Shown here one piece after another: positions 32,854 to 44,764 of a stretch of DNA of 64,000 nt. How positions within the stretch are numbered: position 1 is the stretch's first letter; each line of letters opens with the position of its first letter. The position numbers were made by a program, and so were the translations under genes. Source of the stretch: Phoronis australis (Eukaryota > Animalia > Phoronida); the NCBI GenBank assembly GCA_002633005.1, contig NMRA01000050.1, forward strand, positions 615,679 through 679,678, written 5' to 3'. Under the pieces are notes generated by a model. The model was not told the DNA's origin. It saw only the letters and a list, made by a program, of their open reading frames with translations, and did no database searches.

Positions 32854-35800
32854 CTGAAAAAATAATAAAACGGTCAGTGGGATGGACTTCACGTAGTAAA
32901 ACGATATTTTGATTTAGCATGATGTAAACGGTACGAGGACTGGTCTGGGTATGAATTCCTAAATCATCCTAAATGTCAAAAAAATTGTAATAGACCTTAT
33001 CACATGTGACCTCTCTTGTAAGAATCATTTGATTAATCAAAGTGACTACTAAGATAATGGTGAAAATGATAACAATAATGATAATTATAATGATAATAGT
33101 CTTAGAACGTGAAAGGTGTCATATAATTTCTCATAGGCTTACATACCTGAATATTATCATTGCCTGTAAGGCGGCAGCCTACATCATCCTTAGTACATTC
33201 ATGTTCAGGGGCACACACTTTATGAACAGCGATACTGTGGCCCTTTGTGGCGTGCAACTGATGAATTGTTTTACATATGGTATGATCTAAAAGAATAACA
33301 GCGATTAACTGACGGGTATGGAAAGCGCCCTGAGCAGTACTGGTTAGGGTAAAAATTGGGTCATAGATACCGGTATATTCAAAAGACCAATAGCGGGTTT
33401 CTCAAATTGACAGAAAATTGGGACAAAGCCGTCATCATGTTGCATGAGGCAAAAAGCATAGACAGTTTTGGCAGGTGCTTTTTGAACATCGATTCGGTGG
33501 CATCGTATTAATTTTAGGTGCTCACCATTTCAAAAAAGAAAGCCCTTTGACGAGCAAAAACTGTTCGGTATTTTTTCGAATCGCTTGGAAAATCATGGCG
33601 TTTCAAACCTTATATCTCTTACTTACGTGCCATTGTGCAACTTTTCAAAAAATGTGAGACTCCGACTGAAGTTGATGCGGGACCACGTTTGTAAGTGGAT
33701 AAGCGCAGGTTTCAAAATACGTGTAGACGCAAAAATCTCGCTCAGGAATACATAGCCATATCTTACACACTACAAGGATTCACGTTGAGCGAGTGATCGG
33801 TAACAGCTTAACGCCAAGGGACAACAATCTGCACATTGCTGCTTGGGTCTATTTCGTCAACCTCTGGGCAGTGACACTGAAAATTACTGCAAGCGACTTC
33901 GCTAAACACGTCACTTTCGAGACATCGAAAAAAGGGAATGATGACTTATACCATTAAATGTAAGTGGTTGTTGAGTCGGCTTCAGTGCAATGTACATTTA
34001 GTGGCATAGCGATCGATGATGGCCGGGTATCTCAATTTCCACATCACCGATTTTTGACGACAAGAATTTGTAAGTTGATAAGTTCAGATAAAGGGGTTTT
34101 TCGTCGTGATTTATAGTTAAAATCTAATATTGTAAATGATTTTGCCGTAAGTATCAGTAAAGTTTAAATAAAAAGAAATGCTGTAAAGCCCCGTAAGTAA
34201 GCAATTACGCTTATATGACGCAGTTCCGTTATTAGCACATGCGTTAAATTGCTTGGTGTAACAGTAAATTGTTGTCAATCGCGACTTGTGCCACTGCCTT
34301 GCCTTTTTGCAGTTGTAGATTTGTATAAATCCTTTTACGCTGACCCAAATCGACAAGGCTCAACCTTTTGGTCCTTAAGTGGGGACACGAATGAAAACTA
34401 CTATGGTTTAGTGTTGCATATTGTGCTTTCAACACCTATAATGTGCAATAATGTGATAGCATCGGGGAAAAGAAGAGTCTGTGACCTATACTTCTAAAAA
34501 ACAAGAAAGTTCAGGAATGCAAAGGCCTGGTGCAAATGCAGGTTACACTTAATTCAATATTTAGAGGTTAATAATCGACATGAAAAAACAAGAGTTAACC
34601 GTGCCATAAACAGTCCTAAGCCTCTATCACTTAAAAATCTCCCATAACCACAAACATCTTCATTATCGTATGATATAACTCCTTGTCTGCTCTTAGGCAC
34701 GCCAATTTCAGACGTTTACGAATGTATCTTTAGACAAGTGGTCACCTCTGTCAAATGAAGTCGATTGGTGACGACTTACACGAAAAACTTGCCATGTAAA
34801 TGTCAGGATATGTTCCGACGAGTTAAGCGAAAACGACGGCTTAACCGCGCATTTTACATGTAAATGAGTGGGCGTCATTGTAATCAGGACCAAGAAAAAG
34901 TGACGTCTTATGCAGACTGACGAGATATGCGATGATGAGTTAAGTGAGGTGGCTTGTGCCTCGGCCCGCTTCACACTGCCACCGAATTAAACATGCTAAT
35001 ATCAGGGATGCTTGTTCTCGGGGGAAGCCATGAATTTCTTGCGAAATGTATGTAAACAATATTCCTGAATGGTCTTCCACTACGTAATACGAGAACGCAG
35101 TGAAACCCAATGCAGCAAATGCACAATAGCAAAAACAGTCAGTCACCACTTGGCGAGATAATAATGCAATAGAAAGCACATACACATGTGTAAACAAGGC
35201 TGCATTACCAGAATGTGAAATGCATGTACTCACTTTTGTAGCACGGTCGATCTGGTGCCCACATGTTGCAGTCATCGTTCGTTGTCTTATTCGGACACGT
35301 CCAACAAGTTAAATCTGAAAACAAAGTCAACATTGGGCTAAATGCTCTGTGTTTTCCATCAACAGCAATTAAATTAAAAATCTAACAATGAGAGAAAAAA
35401 CACAAGAAAATCAAAGTTTCTAAATTATCCATTCGGTGCCAATCCAGTCACAAATGTTGTTCTGTTCTCACGAATCTAGTACCTTTACACGCATTGCAGT
35501 TTTACAGCCCCTTACTTTTTTCTACAAACATTCTTCTATTCCTAGTCGTTCTCGTCTCAGGAATGAAAACTGCTCCTCACAAATTTTAGCTCCAGTACGA
35601 CCAAAGATTTTATAGTATCTTTGGTACGACTCTCACTCAAAGATTCTCTTTATTTTTCTATCGATGTTGTCATTGGATAATGGCGGGCAGACATTTGTTT
35701 TTAAAACCACCACTCTTTACCACAAGCAGTTTGTTATGGAACAATAAACCCGCGTACTTTGTCCAAAACACCTTTTAATTTGAGCCAGTTACAGCATAGA

Positions 35801-36803
35801 CTATAGTCTATAATCTATGGTTACAGTTAGGCTATAGTCTATAATCTATGGTTACAGTTAGACTATAGTCTATAATCTATGGTTGCAGTTAGACTATAGT
35901 CTATAATCTATGGTTACAGCATAGACTATAGTCTATAATCTATGGTTACAGCATAGACTATAGTCTATAATCTATGGTTACAGTTAGAAAATCGGTCTCG
36001 TCTTGTTCCTTACCCAGGTTAGAAAGGATTTCAAGGCTTCGGAAAGAGTAAAAGGTATTTATTGCTTCAGACAAGCAAGCCATTAAGACTCCCATAGGGT
36101 TGTCAAGACGATGAAAACAACTATAAAGGAGCACACTGTTGTTAGTCTTGGGGGAAACTATTCACGAAAACACTGAATACTGGACTTGGCAACTGGTATA
36201 TTCCATGAACTGCAGGCATGGTTTAGGAAAGGTTACTGCACTCAGTTACACAGATTATAAGCGTTCTACCGAAAATATGTATGTAAAACGGTGTCTTCAT
36301 AGGTTTTTCAAAGGCTTCGTCCGATAAAATTTTCACGCTATATTGTGGGGAAAAACAGAAAGTTGGTATCCGTGGCAACGACCCAAAATAATTTTAAAAT
36401 CTAAGTATAGTAAAATCAAAACGTGAATAAAGACCCTGGATGAACTGACTTGCATTTTAATTGAACCGTTGGGACAAGACACAGGTGCGTGATTAGTTCC
36501 TTTTTATCCATCTTGAATAACCGAAAACCACGATATAGCAAAATGCATCTCCATCAATGCAAATGTCCAACAGTCCAAGTAATGAATTCAGTTCTACACG
36601 GAGATGATACGGAGGTCTTTGTGGATACGCACATAAAACAACAGTGTGATATTCTGATGCTACGATAAAAATGGTCTCTTACCTTTCCGTACAATACTAG
36701 AACCGACTGCCATGCCACCAGGTGGGGACATAGTTGTGAACAACACAGGCAACAGGACCACATAGCCAAAACAATAATGGCTTCTGTATGGGGTTAACCT
36801 CAT
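32668..36803 (-). CDS. LYPD6: LYPD6/LYPD6B-like Ly6/uPAR (three-finger) protein with signal peptide, 12-Cys LU domain and hydrophobic C-terminus (GPI-signal-like); whole CDS span
   Basis: Exons 36803-36683, 35314-35234, 33286-33147 and 32853-32668 splice in frame to MRLTPYRSHYCFGYVVLLPVLFTT...DLTCWTCPNKTTNDDCNMWAPDRPCYKNHTICKTIH...HKVCAPEHECTKDDVGC...ECISCCTHSYCNEFVP...PLLVVAIVAEVFSYDRR*. The CNxWAPD motif, 12 cysteines and CCxxxxCN terminus match LYPD6 as I recall it. Confidence 0.82.
33147..33286 (-). CDS. LYPD6: LYPD6-like exon (NHTICKTIHQLHATKGHSIAVHKVCAPEHECTKDDVGCRLTGNDNIQ)
   Basis: tgttattcttttag| acceptor, CAG|gtatgt donor. Confidence 0.88.
35234..35314 (-). CDS. LYPD6: LYPD6-like exon (DLTCWTCPNKTTNDDCNMWAPDRPCYK)
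   Basis: ctttgttttcag| acceptor, A|gtgagt donor, phase 1/1. Confidence 0.88.
35602..35623. mobile_element. 22-bp P-element-like micro-insertion (CAAAGAT...ATCTTTG) with 7-bp TSD GTACGAC
   Basis: gtacgac at 35595-35601 and 35624-35630 flanks a palindromic CA...TG unit. Confidence 0.6.
35788..35983. repeat. Minisatellite of six 31-32 bp units, each a 24-25 bp CATAGA...TCTATG-type palindrome plus 7-bp GTTACAG
   Basis: Directly visible; GTTACAG bounds both ends of the array. Confidence 0.9.
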
Positions 36804-36821
36804 TTCTGGACATCAAAAAGA
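36683..36821 (-). CDS. LYPD6: LYPD6-like first coding exon (ATG at 36803, signal peptide)
   Basis: Minus-strand acceptor cctttcttctttacag| and donor G|gtaaga; hydrophobic YVVLLPVLF stretch. Confidence 0.75.
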
Positions 36822-39800
36822 CTGTAAAGAAGAAAGGAACAACGGTTGGTTATGCCATCAAATACCGTGACTGCCCTATAAGAAAAGGCAACTGCTGTAT
36901 ATGACATGAGTGAACATAGTTCACGGAGAAACTAGCAGCTGTCGGTATAATGAAGAATGATGAATCTGACACGTGACCAAACAGGTGGAAGAAAAAAGGA
37001 ATTTTCAAAAACCTGTAGACTGAAAAAGCTAAATACATTACAAATTTTCAACGTGTGTTGTTTCGTTTTATCTCCTCACAGACTGCCTGAAATAAAAATA
37101 TAGCCCAACTTATTTATTCTTGTTGGGAGTTTATTTAATTAATAGGAAAATATTTCAAATATGGTGCCTGCACGTGGCCTTAAAAAGCCACATACAAGGA
37201 CAAGGAGCATCGTTAATTTTTTTTTTTAATTTTGATATTCATCGTTTTCCTTATGGGTATTCAAACATGGTAGTGTGCCATGTTCTGAACTGTGTTTGGA
37301 AATCGAGACACATGTTTGAAAAGTTCGAGTACTGCCTACTTTCTAAGGCGAATGGCTGAAATAGTGTATTGTATAGAAATCTTATTTTTATTCTTAGCCT
37401 TAAAAGGATAACGCCATGCGTAGCAAGTGAAAATAGGGCGCAACTTTGGATGCTTCGGTGGATTAGCAGAAAGCCTAGGAAGATTGTAGACATGAAAACA
37501 GAATGTTTGGATCTTTCCTAAGGGAGAACTCTGAATGTTGTTCATGTTTTGAGATAGAAACGCCACTAATTTCCCACAATGCATTGTGGCCACAGAGGAG
37601 TTCACACATTGTTGCTTGTAAAGCACCATTCGTCAGATATGTACACTGTCGACGTGCATATCAAGGTTGTCTGTCCCCTTTCGGGGTTTTCAACTCAGGA
37701 TATCGACCTACTTAGAGAAGAAACCCATTTGTAGGGAGCTTCCATACAAAGTCACTCTTTTGTAGAGATTTGTTTGAGAAATAACAACCTTTTGCAGGGA
37801 TTAATTTCGTATACCTAAGTCCTTTTTATGATTCTTGGATAGCAGTCTTTTTAACCCAGTTAGCCTACAATAACTAAAAATGAGACGCCACAATTTCAAA
37901 ACTAAGTACATCTCGTACAACAAAAGTCTAAAAATATCAAGAAAACTATAACCCCGCGTAGATTTTTGTAGATGGAAAAAGAAACATTTAGTGGAGTTTC
38001 GAACTCTCAAAGTGGAACGTTCTGAAGGGTGATAAATCGTTCGAGTCACCAATTTGAGCAAAAAGTTTTGCTCCTCTTGTCTCATGGGAGTAACCCCTCA
38101 GGCGTATTGCCCAGAAATAGTGTTTACAAATTTAGTCAACTGCACGTACAATAAATCAAATTATTGTACAGTTGAATCCACTAAGACCGAAAAAGTACAA
38201 AAGTGATGCCATGTTTACAAAAAACGAGAATCTCTTTTGTACCGGCATTGAAGTTAAACGCGTGCTTTCGTTATGAAATTAATATCAGGCTGTTCCTTTG
38301 TATTGTGTGTGACCTGTCAGTTCTTCCCGAAAACAGAGACCAAGAGCAAAGAACAAGATAAAACAAATTTTATGACGGCAAGTGGCCTAAATGAAATCCT
38401 GCCCCCTTTTCCTAGTTCGCCCTTTAAATCAACTGTTATTAGTGTATTGTTGAAGAATACTAAACTGTTAAACTAAAAGATCTTGTTTTTTCAGTAAGTA
38501 GAGGTTTAATGCTACTTTAAAACATAGGTAACGTTAAAAAAATCCTTCCACAGATTTTATAGTAGCAAAAACATTCAGTCAGGGAAGAGAGAACCATTTG
38601 GCAGGGAAAATAGTCGTGAAAAGTCCCCCATCTGAGCGACAAGTCACATAGAATCGTCGGAAAGCCATTAAAATAGACTGACCCGCAAAAATTGCCAACG
38701 AATTCAGGACGTGCACAAAAATCTTGAAGAAGCAAGGCTACACGTGCACCCAGCTTCTACTATCAAAATACAAAAATTGTCTTGAAATGTTTATGACCAC
38801 TTATATAACACGAGAAATATTACATAAGAATGTTGACATTCCCACACACCAGCTAGGCTATTTACCATTATAGCAGCAACTCATTCATCACCTTTACAAA
38901 GTAGTTACATTGTACGACTATGTGCATAGTAAGAAGTCAACATCCCTGCAGTAAATTCATTGTTGTGTCCCTACACAATGTCGATAGTGTTGCAGACATT
39001 CCACCCAAATATTAAATCCTAGCTGGGATACTATTCAACTTCTAGGTAAAAATGTCTTGACCTCAGAAAACAAACTGAGGGGTCAATATCATCTACGGTA
39101 AGATTCACCTCCTTTGGGGGATGAGTCTACAGCAACTGTGGTAAAAGTTTTTCACTTTGCAATACAATGCTGAGCCAAATTTTGTTGGATGCTCAGTAAC
39201 AACAATGAGAATTTTTCATATTTGATTTCCCACTTTTCCACTATACTATGTGGTAAAGTGAAGGGCCGTGCATCGGAGAAGAAACCCAGGCCTTTAGGAT
39301 TAAATGGACGTTATGGTTTTTAAGGCTGAAAATGACATTTTTGGTATTAATTTTATGCGATAGGTTTATTGAAGTCCTTAACAATGAACAGAACAATAAA
39401 ACACGCCGTTCTCAGCCAGACATTCGCTGAAATCGATGCCGGTGTCTTTACCACTTGTTATTTAAGAATACGTGGCTCAGAGGCAGAGTGTAAACCTTAG
39501 ACTGCGGAGGTAGTGCGTTCCATTCCGAGCTACTGTTAATTTCTGTAAAATCACTCCTTACCCTGTTCGTTTGAATGAGAGCCACAAAATGGGTTATGGT
39601 CTCCTCAAGGGAATGCAAGCAATCTCAGACCACAGTGGTGTGAGGGGCACTATATCACTTACCAAAACCATCATGCAATCAAAAACTATTTGCAGTCTCA
39701 AAACGCTGTTTAACCCAGAGATAGGAATTACTTGATTTCAATCTTCAAACCACATTTAGTGTTATAGTATTGGTAAACTTCAAGCCGCTTCTAGTTTGTT

Positions 39801-42800
39801 GCTGTGACCAAAATGTAGAAGCACTGAGTAGCAGTTATCTCCCATCGTTCATTATTTTATTTTAATGACTTACAAGCAACACCCCCCCCCTCATTAGTAA
39901 TAAGCTTGTCGATGTGTTGAAATCCCCCGCAAAGGAAAACATTCCTACGTCTGTGATTAGATTAAAAAATCTAGAGGTCATCTTACATACAAATGTGAGC
40001 ATGACAATACTTGAGCAAAAACATGCCATCATGGTCTACCCTGGAGGTTTGTTTATCATTTCATCCGGTTTCAACTATTTGTTATTCCTGTTAAAATTGT
40101 TGCTCAATGACCCAAAAACGTGTTAAGTATCTTATCAACTCTGGCCAGGATAACCCTCGTCTTCAACCACAGTGATAATATACGAAGCTATTGAACAACA
40201 ACGATAGTAACTTGAAAGGTAAATAACAAATTCGGTTAGCATGTATTTTTTATTTAAAACGTCTAGTCAGAGTATTCGACAGACACACCTTTTCAGTTGG
40301 TCTTTCTCCAGTTGGTCTTCCATGGCTACACAGTACACTAACTGATTGACAAGGACCAGAGCTGTGCCACCACTCAAAACTGCTCAAGTCTTGATGCCGT
40401 AATTATTGGGAACTATTTCAACTACAATAACCATGGCAACCACAAAAACCACGGCAACTTCCAACTGCTGACTCCGGCAGTCTCAAAAGCCTCATGATTG
40501 AACGTGACAAAGCAAATACAGAACACAGTTCAACAATGCGTTAATTTAACTGGATTAATTCTTTTAACGTTGCTAACCCTCCAAGAACAAGTCTGTCAAA
40601 ATTGATCAACCACGTGTGACAACAGTGACCGACAGGCAGAGTTATGTGTCAGAAATGCCTGGTAGAATGCAGGCAAGTGATACTTCACGTCTTTTAGCAA
40701 AGTTTCAGTCTAGCAGTTCAGTGGCATATAAACAGAAAACACTGGAACAAAAATGGACCCTATTCGAAAAAGAATGTGACAAGTAAAGCTGACGAAAACT
40801 ATGCCATTTTCAAAAATGCTGTGGGTTCAACAGCAAATGACGGCGAATGCAAAAACAAACATTGAACATTTCAAAGTGGACTGTGACAAAAATGATCGAG
40901 AAGCGGATGGATGATTTTTCTGAAAATGGCACCTTCTCTGTCCTGGCGCTTGCTTTCCTAAATCGTTAACAGGTAAATGTTCAGTATCAAAACCAAACCT
41001 ACTTTCTTTAAAAGCACCTTTTTGAATTAAAATCCCCAAGAGCCCTGCAAATTCGTTAGTTTGCACAGCCAACTTGTACTTACTTTTGTTACCAACTTGA
41101 AGCTATGAACACACGGAACAGACTGCTTAACCAACAGTTCTGCTAAAGTTATTTGAAAGGAACTAAGCACAAAAAAATCGTAAAACATCTTAACACATGT
41201 TATACATGTGGCTCTCAAAGATAACGAACCAACCAATCACAGCGGGTTGGTCTTGAAGCCACAGTCCTAAAACAACACTCACCGAGATCTGAGCCAATCA
41301 ACAGAGTTCATATACCCAAGCGAAGATCAAAAGACTGGAAAGGCATTTATAGGCTGCTCTAATCTGCTATGAATGAACTCCAACGGGGCAATAGACCGAA
41401 ATATGTTTGTACCGTAAGCATTCAATGAGGTTAAATTTAAGTATTTGTGTATTTGGAAGCATGCTTACTTGTTTGTGTGCTGTGGCTCTGGCCAGTGAAT
41501 GTAGACGGTGAATCGGAACAATATAAGCATTGGGCTTCACCCTTTTTACGACTTACTGCTTTGCAAAATTAGTAAAACATGCACCACTCGAGGATATGAC
41601 AATTTACATGTCATTAAATTTCTATAGCAATACCCACAGTGTTCAGAGCAAGTCAGTCAACAACCTGTTGAAAATAACAAGAACTCTATCACACATGCTT
41701 ATACTTAGCTCCTGTCTCATGGGTGTCACCACTGTCACGGTCACGTGTTAACTTTATTTCGCCAAACGAGCAATAGAATATATCCCAGACCATTGATCAA
41801 AACAAACAGAAATGTCACGAACTCGTACGTGATTGAAAGTGGACATTACATAATTACACGCAGTTCATCAGTATCACTACGAAAATCACTTGTTCAGTCA
41901 TGCTCCACCTTTTCATTTCTTGTTAACAACATTTCACGAAGACCCATGTCTCCTTAGACTATGTAGTCTGGAGCCAACATTCAATTGAACCCTAAATTTA
42001 TGCACACCTGCTCGTTTCAAGTACATGTAACAAATAGCTTTGATAAAATCTACGGCGTATCTGTTCCATGGTGAACGAGAGTTAACTAGACGGCGTCGAA
42101 CGGGGATAGTTTTAATAAAAAGAACTGCTTTTCTCAAAGTTAATGGTACTAGTACAATAAAATCGTGCGAAATTTAAATTCCTAAGCGATAACATAAGTG
42201 CATAGTTCACCTACATGTACATTGAACTGAGGCATTAAAATAATTTGCGAAAAGAACTATAATTATCATATACGTTTGTGAGAGTCTAAGAAGGGGAGCC
42301 CTTGTAAAGACAACCTAATATGAAATGCGTCAACAAAAGATAAACGTGGAAAATCCCAATCTATTGTTCCTATAAGAAATTACGAAAAACATAAATTTTA
42401 ATAGATAAAAACGTGAAAATCAAATTCTGCAGAATGCTCATAACCGGTATTACTCTAAACCGGTATACAGTTGTAAGACAAAAATATGTAACTTCATGTC
42501 GGAATCCCTAGAACTCGGCACGCGCGTACGAGGCCCAGAATGTTCAACATCCCCGTTCTGTTACTTTTTACTGTGCTCTGTTGTAACCGTTACACCTCCG
42601 TCACTACCCTGAATCCGCAACTTTACTCGTGAATTTGACTTAAATTCTTCAGCAAATCAGAATCTAAAATTTTACAACTATTCATCAGCATCATCAAACC
42701 AAACCTTGGGAAAAATACTTGTAGAATGTCCCGGATATTGTTTTCAAGAATTTAACAAACACTCACGCGGTGAAAATAATGAATTCAATCTCGAAGTGTA

Positions 42801-43014
42801 ATGGCACAACTAAACCCCACTGTTTTTCTTGTTAACATTATGTTCGCGACTCAGAAATAGTGGATCGCGACCTCAGCTTTCAATTTGTGGGTTGAATTGT
42901 ATAGAGCAACGTGTGGTTGTACGGTGACCTGAACAAATCTGAAATAACGCTGAAATTGTGGTATACTTCACGCATCAAAGATTTCCAGGTTAGCGGGAAT
43001 AGAAGTATCACTAG

Positions 43015-43104
43015 CATGGGCGGCGCAGCACTGAAAAAAAGTGTGTGGGGGTGGGGCTATACGGCTATAGCCCCCTCCCAGCACCCTATGGTGCGCCGCT
43101 AATG
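43015..43104. mobile_element. 90-bp hAT-like MITE (CA...TG termini, 5-bp TSD ACTAG)
   Basis: TIR catgggcggcgcagca / tggtgcgccgctaatg; actag at 43010-43014 and 43105-43109. Confidence 0.7.
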
Positions 43105-44550
43105 ACTAGAAATCGTCCTGCATAACTTCGTATTACGAAGCTGACGTAGCTACTGTACGGCTTGGCCCACACGGAGAATGACATACGCTTATAGTANGGG
43201 GGGGGTTACTCCCTCTCGCACCCGTCGCCAAAGACATGTGGCATCAACAAGAACAAGAGTTTTCACCTGAAATATGCTCTACACCGCAAGTGCAGTTGTA
43301 CTCGATCTGTTGCTGAGAGTACCATCCGGTATATGTTGACAACATTCCTACTCAGAGCATTTTCCAGAGTGAACAAATCAGTGGCGTAAGCAGTTCTTTT
43401 CAAATGTGGCAATTTATTCATCTGCTGCTGATTAATTCATGTTTGAAATATTTGCAAGATGGAAGTGACATTTTTGACGAAGTCGATAAAACGCCACGTA
43501 AAAATCTATGAGTAAACCAAACATGTTTTTACAAATCCTCGGGTACACCAGCTAAAGGCATTTACTGTTCGCAAGGACGAGCGGCGCAGAGAGAGAGACA
43601 GAGAGAAAGAGAGCTTTCGATAAAACAAACAATAGAGAGCGAGCCGTCTTAATGAAAGCAGTAAAATTTATAATGAATTTGATTTTATGAAGTTGTCTTT
43701 TTGCAGGACTCAAACACGGTAACGTAGCCTGAAGAAACCCCAGCAAAATGTCTGAAATGAAAGCAACACAACGCTAATTTGAGCCAATGAAGTTTAAAAC
43801 CCGGTGGGAATTGATTAAGAATATGTTAGGGATACGGACCACACAGATCTAAAACACGGTATTTATCATCAGATATAAACTTCACAGAGAACATAAAATT
43901 GTGATTTAACGCAATAACAAGCCTGTCATTAAAATGCGTGGCGCACTTTGATGACTTATAGTTGGCGACGGATCCTTTTGAAATGAACACAAACAACAAT
44001 AAAAGGCAACATCGATCAGCTGGTATCGCCATTGACGGAGAAGAAATTAGAATCTAAACGGTGCATAATTTACACCTAATGCTAAATCCGCTGAACACAC
44101 GCAGATAAAAACACAGAAAAGCATTAATACCACAACGAAGACATGTATTTACTAACAATGGAGATGACAAAATATAGAATATATTTATCAACTATAGTTC
44201 CTGGTTTAACAGATGCGCGGATATTTTCTTGAAAACAACACCTGGGACTCTTTGATGTTCACATTACAATTATCCAAAACATCCCGTATGTATCAGAAAA
44301 CAATAGAGTCGGTCACCACCAGCCGTGAGGTCTATACTAAGTATTTATCAGGGGCAGGCTATGATCAAAGATTTCTCTCGGTAGGGCATTGGCGTAGGGT
44401 AAAGTTTTACGTCATTCAAAATAACGGAGACGGTCTAGTCGTCGATGACCGCTGACATGGACGTCCCAGGGTTCTTTTTTCATCAGCACCATAAAGTATT
44501 GAAAGACGAACTGTATTAATTCTAACTAGATTTAGTCTGTCAAAAATAAA

Positions 44551-44764
44551 TTTTGATTTAGGCCACTTACCGCTTCTTCCTTGTTTAGAAGTGACCACAG
44601 GACTAAGGCAGAACTCGTTGACAGTTCATTATTTCTCCAGAAAGTGCGTTGAACAAATGGCGAGCTGTTATATTAGTTTCGTATCAGCTCAGCAATCTCA
44701 CTTATATTTTCACAAAGTAAGAATTTCAAACCAGTTTCATAACGGTAAGTGGCCTAAATCAAAA
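44551..44764. mobile_element. MITE-like element bounded by perfect 22-bp inverted repeats
   Basis: ttttgatttaggccacttaccg (44551-44572) and its reverse complement (44743-44764). Confidence 0.55.

Noticed and set aside
36366-36380. RFX X-box-like sequence gtatccgtggcaac
   Set aside because: A single degenerate motif in an intron, not near a known transcription start; expected by chance.
43122-43140. loxP-like ATAACTTCGTAT-TACGAAG
   Set aside because: Lacks the 8-bp spacer and a complete second arm; most likely a chance short palindrome.
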